Positions 49,062 to 58,111 of a DNA stretch of 58,135 nucleotides are shown here, in pieces; the first letter of the stretch is position 1; every line of letters starts with the position of its first letter. The stretch is taken from contig CALVKI010000007.1 in the NCBI GenBank assembly GCA_944332635.1, positions 1 through 58,135 on the forward strand, read 5' to 3'. Below the pieces are notes generated by a model, which saw nothing but the letters and a program-made list of their open reading frames with translations, was not told where the DNA came from and did not search any database. The translations under genes were made by a program, and so were the position numbers. This DNA is from an uncultured Bacilli bacterium (GTDB lineage: Bacteria; Bacillota_I; Bacilli_A; RF39; UBA660).

Positions 49062-49087
49062 TCTTCTTTTTCGTTAGGAGTGAGGTT

Positions 49088-49609
49088 ATGAATCATATTG
49101 TATTATTTGAACCAGAAATTCCTCAAAATACGGGGAATATTATGCGCACTTGTGTTGCTACAGGTTCTAAGTTGCATTTAATAAAACCATTAGGTTTTAT
49201 GTTGGATGATGCTCATTTGAAAAGAGCAGGTGTTAATTATTTAGATAAGCTTAATTATGCTGTATATGAAAATTTTGATGATTTTTTGTCTAAAAATAAA
49301 GGAATATATTATTATTTTACAAGATATGGAAAAAAACCACATAGTAGCTTTGATTATAGTAATTTTAATGATGATAATTTATACTTTATTTTTGGGAAAG
49401 AATCCACTGGCATACCTAAAGAAATATTACAAAAAGATTTGAATCATTGTATTCGTATTCCTATGACTGATGGTGTTAGGGCATTAAATGTTTCTAATAG
49501 TGTTGCGATTGTAATTTATGAAGTATTACGGCAACAAAATTATCGTGGGTTATTATTTATGGAACCATCTGATCAAGGACATAAGGGTCCTGATTATTTA
49601 GAAAAATAA
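49088..49609 (+). CDS. trmL: tRNA (cytidine/uridine-34-2'-O)-methyltransferase
   Basis: EPEIPQNTGNI.RTC, FGKESTG, RIPM…RALNVSN. Confidence 0.93.
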   Translation: MNHIVLFEPEIPQNTGNIMRTCVATGSKLHLIKPLGFMLDDAHLKRAGVNYLDKLNYAVYENFDDFLSKNKGIYYYFTRYGKKPHSSFDYSNFNDDNLYFIFGKESTGIPKEILQKDLNHCIRIPMTDGVRALNVSNSVAIVIYEVLRQQNYRGLLFMEPSDQGHKGPDYLEK

Positions 49610-49626
49610 AAAGAAAAATAGCTATA

Positions 49627-50762
49627 TGAACTGTACCCTTTAGAGTAGATATTAATAAAAAAGCAGTTCAATAAAAGTGTTATAATACATTTCCTGAAGG
49701 ATGTGTATTTTTTTATGGTTTCGGAAGGTCAAAAAGTTGCTTCATATTTAATGAAATTTAAAATTGAAGTACTTGATATAAATTTGGTAAATATGGTGGT
49801 AGAGTGTAAGTGGTAAAAAACTATAATATTAGTTCAACTACAATTTGGAATTGAATTTCAAAAGATAGAAAACAGGGAACATTAGAAAATGGTATTTTTC
49901 ATAGGTGTGGTAGGTTCAAACAATTTGATTTAACAAAAGAAGATTGAAAATAACGATATGAAATATTAAAATAAACAAGTCTTCCTCAAGGTACTATAAG
50001 AGAAAAGATAACATTTATAAATTAATTATAAACTTACAAATATTTGTGCCGTACTGAATATAAGTCCTAAAACTTATTATAAATATAGAAATAAGGAGTA
50101 TCCTAATTACTATGATTAATAATAAAATAAATTGTTGAAGATATATGCCTAAAATATGGTGTAGTTATGAATGAAAAAAAGTGATTAAAAATAATGAAAA
50201 ATATAATTTAATGGCTAAATATATAAGGAAGTCAAAGAATAAAAATAACGATAAAACAATCAAGGAAAATGTTAAATCCAACTTATTAAAGATAAATTTT
50301 ATTACTGATGCATTAAACAAAGTGTGGTATATAGGTGTAACATATTTAATATTTAAAGGATCTAGAGTATATTTATCTACAATATTAGATTTATATGATA
50401 GATATGTCGTAGTATACAAAATATCTAAATATAATGATAATAAACTAGTAATGGATACTATTAGCAAAAGAAAAAGGTGTACAGAGAGTTATTTATAGTG
50501 ATTAGGATTCTAATATACATTTTATCATAATAAAGTCATATGTAATCAAATAGAATTCAAAATTCTATGAGTAGAAAAGGAAATTCGATAAATTATTCTC
50601 CTATGGAAAGTTGATATTATTTTCTAAAAAAATTTTCTACAACAATAATTATTTAAATTATAGAAGAATGGATATTATTTTATAATACAACTAAGAAAAA
50701 TATTTTTTCTTTTATTAATATACTGCTTTTTTATTGATATCTCATTTTTGGAGTTCACATCA
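49627..50762 (+). mobile_element. Decayed IS3-family (IS150-like) element
   Basis: 41-bp IRs TGA…TCA (49627-49667 and 50722-50762, 30/41 by hand); 3-bp ATA target duplication; OrfB fragments. Confidence 0.85.
50181..50498 (+). pseudogene. IS3 OrfB transposase fragment
   Basis: NLL..NF…NKVW..(TD>IG)VTY…YLSTILDLYDR; first catalytic Asp lost. Confidence 0.8.
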
Positions 50763-50831
50763 ATAATTTGCTTTTCTTTTTTTATTAAGATATAATTTGT
50801 ATGTTTATTATTTGTTAGTGAGGGGAGTTTC

Positions 50832-51647
50832 ATGTTAACTAGAAAAGAAGAAATAGAGCGTAGCATAATTACTAAATTTCGTAAAGATATTTGGAGACCT
50901 TTTACAAAGGCTGTTAGAGATTATCAATTAATTCAAGAAGGTGATAAAATAGCGGTTTGTATTTCTGGGGGAAAAGATTCTATGTTGTTGGCAAAATGTA
51001 TGGAAGAGTTAAAAAAACATGGGAAAGTGCATTTTGATCTTTGCTATATTGTTATGAATCCAGGATATCGTCCTAATATATATGCACAGATATTAGAGAA
51101 TGCTCGTATTTTAGGAATTGATATAAAAGTTTTTAAGTCTAATATTTTTGATGTTGTTGACAATCTTAATTCATCTCCCTGTTACCTGTGTGCTCGTATG
51201 AGGAGAGGTTTTTTATATGCACGTGCACAGGAAATGGGGTGTAATAAAATTGCTTTAGGTCATCATTTTGATGATGTTATAGAAACTATTTTATTATCTA
51301 TTTTTTATGGTGGTGAATATAAAAGTATGCTGCCTAAATTATGGAGTAGCAATTTTGATGGAATGCAGTTAATTAGACCATTATATTTGGTGAGAGAAAA
51401 TTCTATTATTCAGTGGTCTAAGTATAATAAGTTAACATTTATTAATTGTGCTTGTAAGTTTACTGATTCTTCTATGATTGATTCTAAACGTTTAGAAATG
51501 AAACAGTTAATTCAGCAATTTGAAAATAAATACTCTAATATTGGTGCAAATATTTTTAAATCTTCAGAAAATGTTAATATAGAAACTATTTTAGGTATAA
51601 AAAAGAATGGAGAAAAAATTTCTTTTTTGGATAATTATGATAAATAA
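50832..51647 (+). CDS. ttcA: tRNA 2-thiocytidine biosynthesis TtcA family protein
   Basis: PP-loop SGGKDS, PCYLCARMRRG, GHHFDD, IRPL. Confidence 0.92.
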   Translation: MLTRKEEIERSIITKFRKDIWRPFTKAVRDYQLIQEGDKIAVCISGGKDSMLLAKCMEELKKHGKVHFDLCYIVMNPGYRPNIYAQILENARILGIDIKVFKSNIFDVVDNLNSSPCYLCARMRRGFLYARAQEMGCNKIALGHHFDDVIETILLSIFYGGEYKSMLPKLWSSNFDGMQLIRPLYLVRENSIIQWSKYNKLTFINCACKFTDSSMIDSKRLEMKQLIQQFENKYSNIGANIFKSSENVNIETILGIKKNGEKISFLDNYDK

Positions 51648-51899
51648 TTATTCTTTTTTTTTATTTTATGTTATATTATTAATATAATTATTATTTGTAT
51701 ATAGGTGAATGTAAGTTGCAGTTGAAAGTTAAAAAAATATTAATATATAAAATATTTTAGTTATAGAAAATAATGTATAAAAATTTTTTTTTTTGGATAA
51801 TTATTATAAATAATTATTATTTTTTTTTATTTTATGATATATTATTAATATAATGATGATATGGAGATAGGTGAATGGAAGATGCAGTTGAAAGTCCAA
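51568..51899 (+). repeat. Tandem duplication of two 166-bp units (51568-51733 and 51734-51899)
   Basis: GGATAATTAT at 51629/51795 and ATAGGTGAATG at 51701/51867, both offset by exactly 166 nt. Confidence 0.9.
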
Positions 51900-52792
51900 A
51901 AACGATGCGTATTTTGCAGTGTTTAAATTGGCATTTAGATAGTATTTGTAAAGTGGCTCCAATTATTAGAGAACAAGGTTTTCAAGCTGTTCAGGTTGGC
52001 CCTTTACAACCTTTAAAAGAAAATGGATATGAACATTGGTGGATGTCTTATCAGCCGTGTGCTTTAACTATTGGTAATCAGTATGGGTCTAGAGAGGATT
52101 TTATACATTTATGTGATGTTTTACATAATGAGGGCCTATTAGTGTTTCCTGATGTTGTATGTACTCATGTTGCTGGTGCAGTTGACGGAACTTTGTGTCC
52201 ACATGAAAAAGTGGATAAAAAATTAACTGAAAATTTTGCTTTTTGGCGGGATGCTAAATTAATTGAAGATTGGGATGATAGATTTCAAGTTATACATTAT
52301 TGTGCAGGATTGCCTACTTTTGATTTAAATAATGTACATTTGCAGGATTATATTATATATTTTTTAAATGATTTTATTTGTTGTGGAGCAGATGGATTTC
52401 GTTTTGATTCTGCTAAAAGTATTCCAACACCACAAGAAGGTTGCAATTTTTTTTCTAGAGTTTTAGGAAATTTGAATGGTGAAAAACTCTTTAATTATGG
52501 TGAAGTTATTTTTGCAGATGAGAATTTGATATCTATGTATGTAGAGTATTTAAATGTTCTTACAAATACTTGGAGTAATAAAAAAAATGATGTTGTTTTA
52601 TTTTCTGAAAGTCATGATTCGTTTTTAGGCCTTGGTTATACTAGAAGTAAAAGTTCTCAACAAATTACTTCAGAATATAGTTGTTTAGTGCAACATTATT
52701 TTCAAACACTTTATTATGCACGACCTTTTGATGATGAGTGGAAGAGTTCTTCTATAAAAGAAATACATCAAAAATGTATGATGAAAAAATGA
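51875..52792 (+). CDS. GH13 alpha-amylase-family protein, catalytic barrel only
   Basis: WWMSYQP, DVVCTH, GADGFRFDSAKSI, YGEV, SESHD; no signal peptide. Confidence 0.85.
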   Translation: MEDAVESPKTMRILQCLNWHLDSICKVAPIIREQGFQAVQVGPLQPLKENGYEHWWMSYQPCALTIGNQYGSREDFIHLCDVLHNEGLLVFPDVVCTHVAGAVDGTLCPHEKVDKKLTENFAFWRDAKLIEDWDDRFQVIHYCAGLPTFDLNNVHLQDYIIYFLNDFICCGADGFRFDSAKSIPTPQEGCNFFSRVLGNLNGEKLFNYGEVIFADENLISMYVEYLNVLTNTWSNKKNDVVLFSESHDSFLGLGYTRSKSSQQITSEYSCLVQHYFQTLYYARPFDDEWKSSSIKEIHQKCMMKK

Positions 52793-52795
52793 ATT

Positions 52796-52825
52796 GTATA
52801 AAAATGTTCTTTTCTTCTCATAAGA
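52796..52825 (+). promoter_or_regulatory. Putative SigG/SigF-type promoter of sigG
   Basis: GTATA-18-CATAAGA resembles the forespore sigma consensus. Confidence 0.5.
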
Positions 52826-52845
52826 GAGATGAAAGGAGCTTTTTT

Positions 52846-53622
52846 ATGGCAAAATATAAAGTGGAAATTAGTGGTATAGATACTAGCAGTATTCCAGTAC
52901 TTAGTAATGAGGAAATGAATGACTTATTTATAAAATTAAAACAGGGTGATCAAATTGCTAGAGAACGTTTAGTAGAAGGAAATTTAAAGTTAGTTTTATC
53001 TATTTTGAAAAGATTTCATTATCGTGTTGAAAATATGGACGATTTATTTCAAATAGGTTGTGTTGGATTATTAAAAGCGATTGATAATTTTGATTTGTCT
53101 CATGAAGTTAGGTTTTCTACTTATGCAGTTCCTATGGTATTAGGAGAAATAAGAAGATATTTAAGAGATAATAATAGTGTTCGGGTTAGTCGTTCTCTTC
53201 GTGATATTGCTTATAAAACTTTAAAGTATAAAGAAGAGATTTATAATAAAACAGGACAGGAACCTAAATTAGAAGATATTGCACATGATCTTGGGGTGGA
53301 TTTGTTTGATGTTATCCAAGCGTTGGATTCTTTACGTGATCCTGTTAGTATGTTTGAACCTATTTATTCTGATGGTGGTGATACTATTTATTTAGCTGAT
53401 CAGATTGAAGATAAACAAGCTAATAGTAATCGAATTTCTATGAGAGTAGCTTTAGATGAAGCAATTAGTGAATTAGAAGAAAGAGAACAATTTATCTTAG
53501 ATGAAAGATTTATTGTCGGAAAAACTCAAATGGAAATAGCAGAGCAATTACAAATTAGTCAAGCTCAAGTATCTAGGATTGAAAAGGGTGCTATTAAACA
53601 ATTAAAGAAAGTTTTGAAGTAG
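52846..53622 (+). CDS. sigG: Forespore sigma factor SigG
   Basis: KVEISGIDTS.IPVL N-terminus, DDLFQIGCVGL, RFSTYAVPM, EPIYSDGGD, ISQAQVSRIEK; followed by ylmC. Confidence 0.92.
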   Translation: MAKYKVEISGIDTSSIPVLSNEEMNDLFIKLKQGDQIARERLVEGNLKLVLSILKRFHYRVENMDDLFQIGCVGLLKAIDNFDLSHEVRFSTYAVPMVLGEIRRYLRDNNSVRVSRSLRDIAYKTLKYKEEIYNKTGQEPKLEDIAHDLGVDLFDVIQALDSLRDPVSMFEPIYSDGGDTIYLADQIEDKQANSNRISMRVALDEAISELEEREQFILDERFIVGKTQMEIAEQLQISQAQVSRIEKGAIKQLKKVLK

Positions 53623-53652
53623 TTTGCATATATTTTATTAGGTGATTATCAT

Positions 53653-53883
53653 ATGCTGTTATCAGAACTTCAAAATAAGACGATTGTATCCGTTGTAGAC
53701 GGAAAGAATGTTGGTAACATCATAGATGTTAATGTTATGATGGATGGTCATATTGAATCGTTAATTATAGAATCTGGTAAATCATTTTTAAATTTTAATA
53801 GGGGTAACGATACTAAAATATTATGGAAAGATATTACTAAAATAGGTGAGGATGTTATTTTAGTAAATATAAATAGAAAATGA
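53653..53883 (+). CDS. ylmC: YlmC/YmxH PRC-barrel sporulation protein
   Basis: LSELQNK.IV…DG..VG.I.D…W.DI.KIGEDVILV. Confidence 0.88.
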   Translation: MLLSELQNKTIVSVVDGKNVGNIIDVNVMMDGHIESLIIESGKSFLNFNRGNDTKILWKDITKIGEDVILVNINRK

Positions 53884-54599
53884 AAAATTTAAAAAAAATA
53901 TTTAGTTGTATTGTTTTATCTTTTTTTATTTCTTTATTTTTTGTTTTTATTTTTGGTCAAAGAGTTAATCCTATTTTTGTTAATTATTTGAGTGGTGAAG
54001 TGGAGAGAGTAACTTCTAATGTTGTTAATTCTGTGGTAAATGAGTCATTAACTTCTCAAATTAATGAATCACTATTTTCTGTTACTAGAAATGATAATAA
54101 TGAAGTGGAAATGATTGATTATAATACTGAAAAAGTAAATTCTTTATTAAGTGATATAAATCAAGCTATTTATTCAAAGCTTTATGATTTAGAAGAGGGG
54201 AAGATTGATGAGTTTTTTTTATCATCTTCTTTAAGTGGTGTTAATTATCAGTTTGTTGATTCTGGAATAGTTTGTGAAATTCCTTTTGGAGCTTTAACAG
54301 GTAATGGTTTTTTAGCAAATTTAGGCCCTGTAATTCCTGTTAAAATGTCTTTTTTAGGACAAGTAAATAGTAATTTAAAAACTAAAGTTACAAGTTATGG
54401 TATTAACAATCTTCTTTTGGAAGTTTATATACAAGTTCAGATTAAAGAAAAGATTAGTTTACCTAAGTCTTCTGATATAGTTACTATTAATATAGAGGCT
54501 CCTCTTAGTATTAAAATTATTTCTGGAGTTGTTCCTGATTATTATGGTGGTATTATTGATAAAAATTCACAGTCTACTTTTTTTTCGGGAAATGGGTAG
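53880..54599 (+). CDS. yunB: Sporulation protein YunB
   Basis: IPFGALTGN..LANLGP.IPVK, YGINN, ISGVVPDYY. Confidence 0.9.
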   Translation: MKNLKKIFSCIVLSFFISLFFVFIFGQRVNPIFVNYLSGEVERVTSNVVNSVVNESLTSQINESLFSVTRNDNNEVEMIDYNTEKVNSLLSDINQAIYSKLYDLEEGKIDEFFLSSSLSGVNYQFVDSGIVCEIPFGALTGNGFLANLGPVIPVKMSFLGQVNSNLKTKVTSYGINNLLLEVYIQVQIKEKISLPKSSDIVTINIEAPLSIKIISGVVPDYYGGIIDKNSQSTFFSGNG

Positions 54600-54631
54600 C
54601 ATATGTTATAATGGTTGGGTGAGGTGATATT

Positions 54632-54913
54632 GTGAAAAAATATGATATACGTGGACAATATTATGAATTGATATCTGGTGATGATTGTTTTCATTATGAT
54701 GAGGTAAAAGAATATATTACTGATTATTTTGATCCATTTGATTATATTTTTGGCGATTTTTCTGGGGGTAAAGTTCGTTTAAAAGGTTTTTATGATTCAA
54801 TAAATAAGAATGTAAAAAAATATAATGATATTCAATATTTAAATATATATATAAAAGAGTATTGTAATTTTGGTTCGAAAACGTTTCTGCTAAAAAAACT
54901 TCATAAAAAATAG
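54632..54913 (+). CDS. yutD: YutD/DUF1027 family protein
   Basis: FDYIFGD…RLKGFY…YIKEYCNFG. Confidence 0.85.
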   Translation: MKKYDIRGQYYELISGDDCFHYDEVKEYITDYFDPFDYIFGDFSGGKVRLKGFYDSINKNVKKYNDIQYLNIYIKEYCNFGSKTFLLKKLHKK

Positions 54914-54978
54914 TTGTAATTTATTTAAAATACGTTATAATTATATTGTATAGATAATAAAGGGAGGACTTATTTGTT

Positions 54979-55242
54979 ATGAAAGAAAAGAAAATGATGA
55001 AGATTGTTTCAGATGATGGCTCTAGTGAAGAAGTAGAGGTTGTATTCGCTTTTGAGTTTAAAGATAATAAAAAAGAATATGTCATTTATACTAAAAATGA
55101 ACGTGATGAAGATAATAATATTACAATATATGTTTCAAATGTTGATCGTACAAATGGAGAAACTAAACTTATAGGTGTTGAATCTGAAGAAGAGTGGAAT
55201 CGTATTAAAGATGTTTTGAGAGAACTTGCTAAAAATGAATAG
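54979..55242 (+). CDS. DUF1292 domain protein
   Basis: DDGSSEEVEVVFAFE…KEYVIY…VESEEEW. Confidence 0.75.
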   Translation: MKEKKMMKIVSDDGSSEEVEVVFAFEFKDNKKEYVIYTKNERDEDNNITIYVSNVDRTNGETKLIGVESEEEWNRIKDVLRELAKNE

Positions 55243-55256
55243 TAGGAGGATTTGCA

Positions 55257-56417
55257 ATGGATAATGTTATTTTAAAATTAGTAACCAATTTTGATGGAGT
55301 GATTATTAATCCTTCTAAAAGAATTAAGTTGAGTGAGTTGTCTGCTTCTAATGTTCGTGCTAAGCTTGATTCATTATCTCAATCAAAAATAATTTCTATT
55401 CCACTACAATATTTGGAGCAAGCAAATAAAGATAAAAGAAAAATAATTTCTATTCCACTACAATCTTTAGAACAAGCAAATCAGAGTGTAGCCATCAATA
55501 ATGGGGGACATAATACGGCTCCTTATGCTACGCAAAATCAAAGTAGTATTGTTAATGATAATATTATTTTGGGAGATTGTAGTCGATATACTAGTCAAAT
55601 TTTTACTACTGAGGGTAGCAGATTAATTCGCTTGACTGATGTTATGTATGCTAGAGTAGTTAATAATGCTGATACTTCTTCTTTTGATGATACTTTTTCG
55701 GCATTGTCAACAGAAAATATTGTGAATTCAGGAAGTACTGGTGTTAAAAAAGCTGCATATTCTAAAGCAAAGGTAGAAAAATATGGAAATGAAAAGTTGC
55801 CAACTAATATGCTTACTGATAATGGATTGTTTGATACTTTTTCTACTAGCAGTAGAGAAGTTCCTATCGTAGTTTCAGAACGCCCAGAAAAGTTTTTGTT
55901 TAATGATTTGGCTGATGTTGTTGAAACTGGAGAAAGACCGGTAGAAATGAATGAAGAGAATATTTCTTTAGATTTATTGCAGACTATTAAGAATACTTCG
56001 GGAGAAGATCTTGATATAGAGTCTCTTTTGGCTGATGTTGCAAAATTTCAAAAAGAGGAAAATGACAGTAAAAATAAAATGGCTGCTGCTAAACGAGAAT
56101 TTCAATCTAGTGCTCAACTTTTAAAAACGGCTGCTCAAAGATATAGTGATTCGAGTCAAGCTTTGGCTAATGTAACAGCTCAGGCATATGCTTATTTGGA
56201 TGAAATAAAAAATAATATAGGAAATAATATTAAAAGAACAGAAGAGTTTGCGGCTATGACTGAACAACAAAAACGAGAAGCACAAAGAATCGGAGTGGCT
56301 GCTGATAAAATTGAAGCACGTGTTCAAGAGTTTAATAATGTTCTTGCTGTTGCTCCTAATAGTAAGGAGCATGGTGAGGATAAGACTTATTCAAGAGGAT
56401 ATAATATAGCTGCTTAA
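55257..56417 (+). CDS. Hypothetical protein with C-terminal coiled coil
   Basis: AGGAGG RBS; Ala/Gln/Glu heptad region; no family recognised. Confidence 0.7.
   Translation: MDNVILKLVTNFDGVIINPSKRIKLSELSASNVRAKLDSLSQSKIISIPLQYLEQANKDKRKIISIPLQSLEQANQSVAINNGGHNTAPYATQNQSSIVNDNIILGDCSRYTSQIFTTEGSRLIRLTDVMYARVVNNADTSSFDDTFSALSTENIVNSGSTGVKKAAYSKAKVEKYGNEKLPTNMLTDNGLFDTFSTSSREVPIVVSERPEKFLFNDLADVVETGERPVEMNEENISLDLLQTIKNTSGEDLDIESLLADVAKFQKEENDSKNKMAAAKREFQSSAQLLKTAAQRYSDSSQALANVTAQAYAYLDEIKNNIGNNIKRTEEFAAMTEQQKREAQRIGVAADKIEARVQEFNNVLAVAPNSKEHGEDKTYSRGYNIAA
55386..55481 (+). repeat. In-frame duplication with 54-bp period (KIISIPLQ.LEQAN x2)
   Basis: AAAATAATTTCTATTCCACTACAAT at 55386 and 55440. 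Confidence 0.9.
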
Positions 56418-56445
56418 AAGAATATATTGTTATTCTTTTTTTTTT
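56416..56445 (+). terminator. Terminator
   Basis: AAAAGAATA…TATTCTTTT plus T run. Confidence 0.55.
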
Positions 56446-56467
56446 AATTTTTTCATATACTTTAATT

Positions 56468-57355
56468 ATGAAAGAGCATATAATGTATTATTATAATTTA
56501 TTGGAAATTGATGCGTTTGAAAAAAAAGAAGTTTATTATTTTAAAAGTAATAATAAATTATTTTCTTTTGAAAAAGTACAAAATATAGAAAAAAGTAAAA
56601 AAGTATTTGATATTTTACAAAAAATTAACTATGTTAGGGAATATAAAATTATTTATAATATTTATGGTGAAATTTTTACTAAGGTTTCTAATGATTGGTA
56701 TGTGTTATTTCAACATCTTGATAATAAATATAATCTTTTAGGTAACCTTTTACATCCTATTAATGTTTCTAAATTGGTTTCAGTTAATAATCCTATTTTG
56801 TGGAGTTATTTATGGAGTAAAAAAATAGATTACTATGAATATCAATTTGAACACATATCTGAGATGTATCCTTTAATTTTAGAAAGTTTTAACTATTATG
56901 TTGGATTAGCTGAAAACGCTATTTCATATTTTTCGTATAATTTACATTCTATGGAATCTTTTGATGTTTTTTTATGTCATGAGCGAATTTCTTATTCTAA
57001 GTATTTCAATCCTCTAAATATTACAATAGATTATTATCCACGTGATATTGCTGAATATATAAAATTTTTGTTTTTCTCTAATAATTATAAAGATTTTTCT
57101 TTTCTTAATTTCTTTAAATATCTAAATTTTAATTATAATGATTATATTTTATTATTTTCTAGATTGTTGTTTCCATCTTATTATTTTGATGTTTATGATT
57201 GTGTTGTTAGTCAGAAATGTGATGAAAGAGAATTAAGTAAAATTATTTTTCTAGTTAATGATTATTATGCTTTTTTACAAAACATTTATCAACTAATTTG
57301 TACTTTTATAAAAATACCTAGTATTGATTGGATAAAAAAAAGAGAAATGTTATGA
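56468..57355 (+). CDS. yutH: YutH-like spore coat protein (CotS family)
   Basis: LWSKKIDYYE, ESFNYYVGLAENAISY, CHER, RDIAEYIK, RLLFPSYYFD. Confidence 0.8.
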   Translation: MKEHIMYYYNLLEIDAFEKKEVYYFKSNNKLFSFEKVQNIEKSKKVFDILQKINYVREYKIIYNIYGEIFTKVSNDWYVLFQHLDNKYNLLGNLLHPINVSKLVSVNNPILWSYLWSKKIDYYEYQFEHISEMYPLILESFNYYVGLAENAISYFSYNLHSMESFDVFLCHERISYSKYFNPLNITIDYYPRDIAEYIKFLFFSNNYKDFSFLNFFKYLNFNYNDYILLFSRLLFPSYYFDVYDCVVSQKCDERELSKIIFLVNDYYAFLQNIYQLICTFIKIPSIDWIKKREML

Positions 57356-57583
57356 TACATTTCTTACCTCTTTGATTTCGGGAATTTCATTAATTAATAA
57401 TTGTTCAATGCCATCTTTTATGGTGATGTCCATCATAGGACATTCCTGGCAAGCTCCTTTCAGTTTAATATATACTATATTTTCTTCATATTTTATAAAC
57501 TCTATGTCTCCACCATCATTGATTAAAAATGGACGCAGTTTTTCAATTGTATACTGGATTTGTTTTTCTATATCTTTTTTCAT
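57350..57583 (-). CDS. nifU: NifU-like (Nfu/YutI) Fe-S cluster carrier
   Basis: LRPFL..DGGDIE…GACQECP…GIE. Confidence 0.9.
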   Translation of the reverse strand: MKKDIEKQIQYTIEKLRPFLINDGGDIEFIKYEENIVYIKLKGACQECPMMDITIKDGIEQLLINEIPEIKEVRNVS

Positions 57584-57692
57584 AAAATCACCTAGTGATA
57601 TTATATCTTGTTTTTTTTAATACGTAAACTATTTTTCGTAGTTCTTGTTAATGTTTGTGATTAATGATATACTAGTAATAGGAAGTGTTTTA

Positions 57693-58064
57693 ATGGGTCA
57701 ATATAAAAAAGGAGAAATTGTAACAGGGTGTGTTACTGGAATTGAAAAATATGGAATTTTTGTTAGTCTTGATGAATACTATAGTGGATTAATACATATT
57801 TCTGAGATATCTGATTTTTTTGTTAAAAATCCAGCAGATTATGTTTATGTGGGAGAGACTATTAGGGCTTTAGTTATTGATGATAGTGACTTAGAGTCGT
57901 ATCATGTAAAGTTAAGTATTAAGAATATTGATTTTAAATTTTCAAAGAAAAAAAGAAAGAAAATAATTGAAACAGCAAGTGGGTTTAGTACTTTACAACA
58001 GTCTTTGCCTCTTTGGATTTTAAAGAAAAAGAAAGAAGTTTTGTTAAAAATGCAAAAAAATTAA
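57693..58064 (+). CDS. S1 RNA-binding protein (GSP13/YugI/CvfD family)
   Basis: G.VTGIEKYGIFV…GLIHISEIS..FVK, SGFSTL…LP.WI. Confidence 0.85.
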   Translation: MGQYKKGEIVTGCVTGIEKYGIFVSLDEYYSGLIHISEISDFFVKNPADYVYVGETIRALVIDDSDLESYHVKLSIKNIDFKFSKKKRKKIIETASGFSTLQQSLPLWILKKKKEVLLKMQKN

Positions 58065-58082
58065 AAAAATTAGTTGATTGTA

Positions 58083-58111
58083 TTGACAAACATTAAAAAT
58101 GTTGGTATATT
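58083..58111 (+). promoter_or_regulatory. Strong SigA-type promoter pointing out of the window
   Basis: TTGACA-17-TATATT with TGn and A-tract upstream. Confidence 0.7.

Noticed and set aside
51568-51899. CRISPR array
   Set aside because: Only two long degenerate units overlapping genes; no repeat-spacer periodicity and no cas genes anywhere in the window
44087-57596. Identical 20-mer TTTTCATAAAATCACCTAGT at 44087 and 57577
   Set aside because: It is just the AGGTGA RBS + ATGAAAA of two minus-strand genes
895-57620. Short overlapping or antisense ORFs in the track (e.g. 895, 2754, 4977, 6622, 11753, 12037, 15038, 21222, 21750, 25821, 26087, 26412, 28890, 30415, 32863, 35908, 37869, 41013, 41897, 45324, 49257, 50165, 50675, 56121, 57372)
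   Set aside because: Shadow frames of well-supported genes or IS relics, with no recognisable motifs
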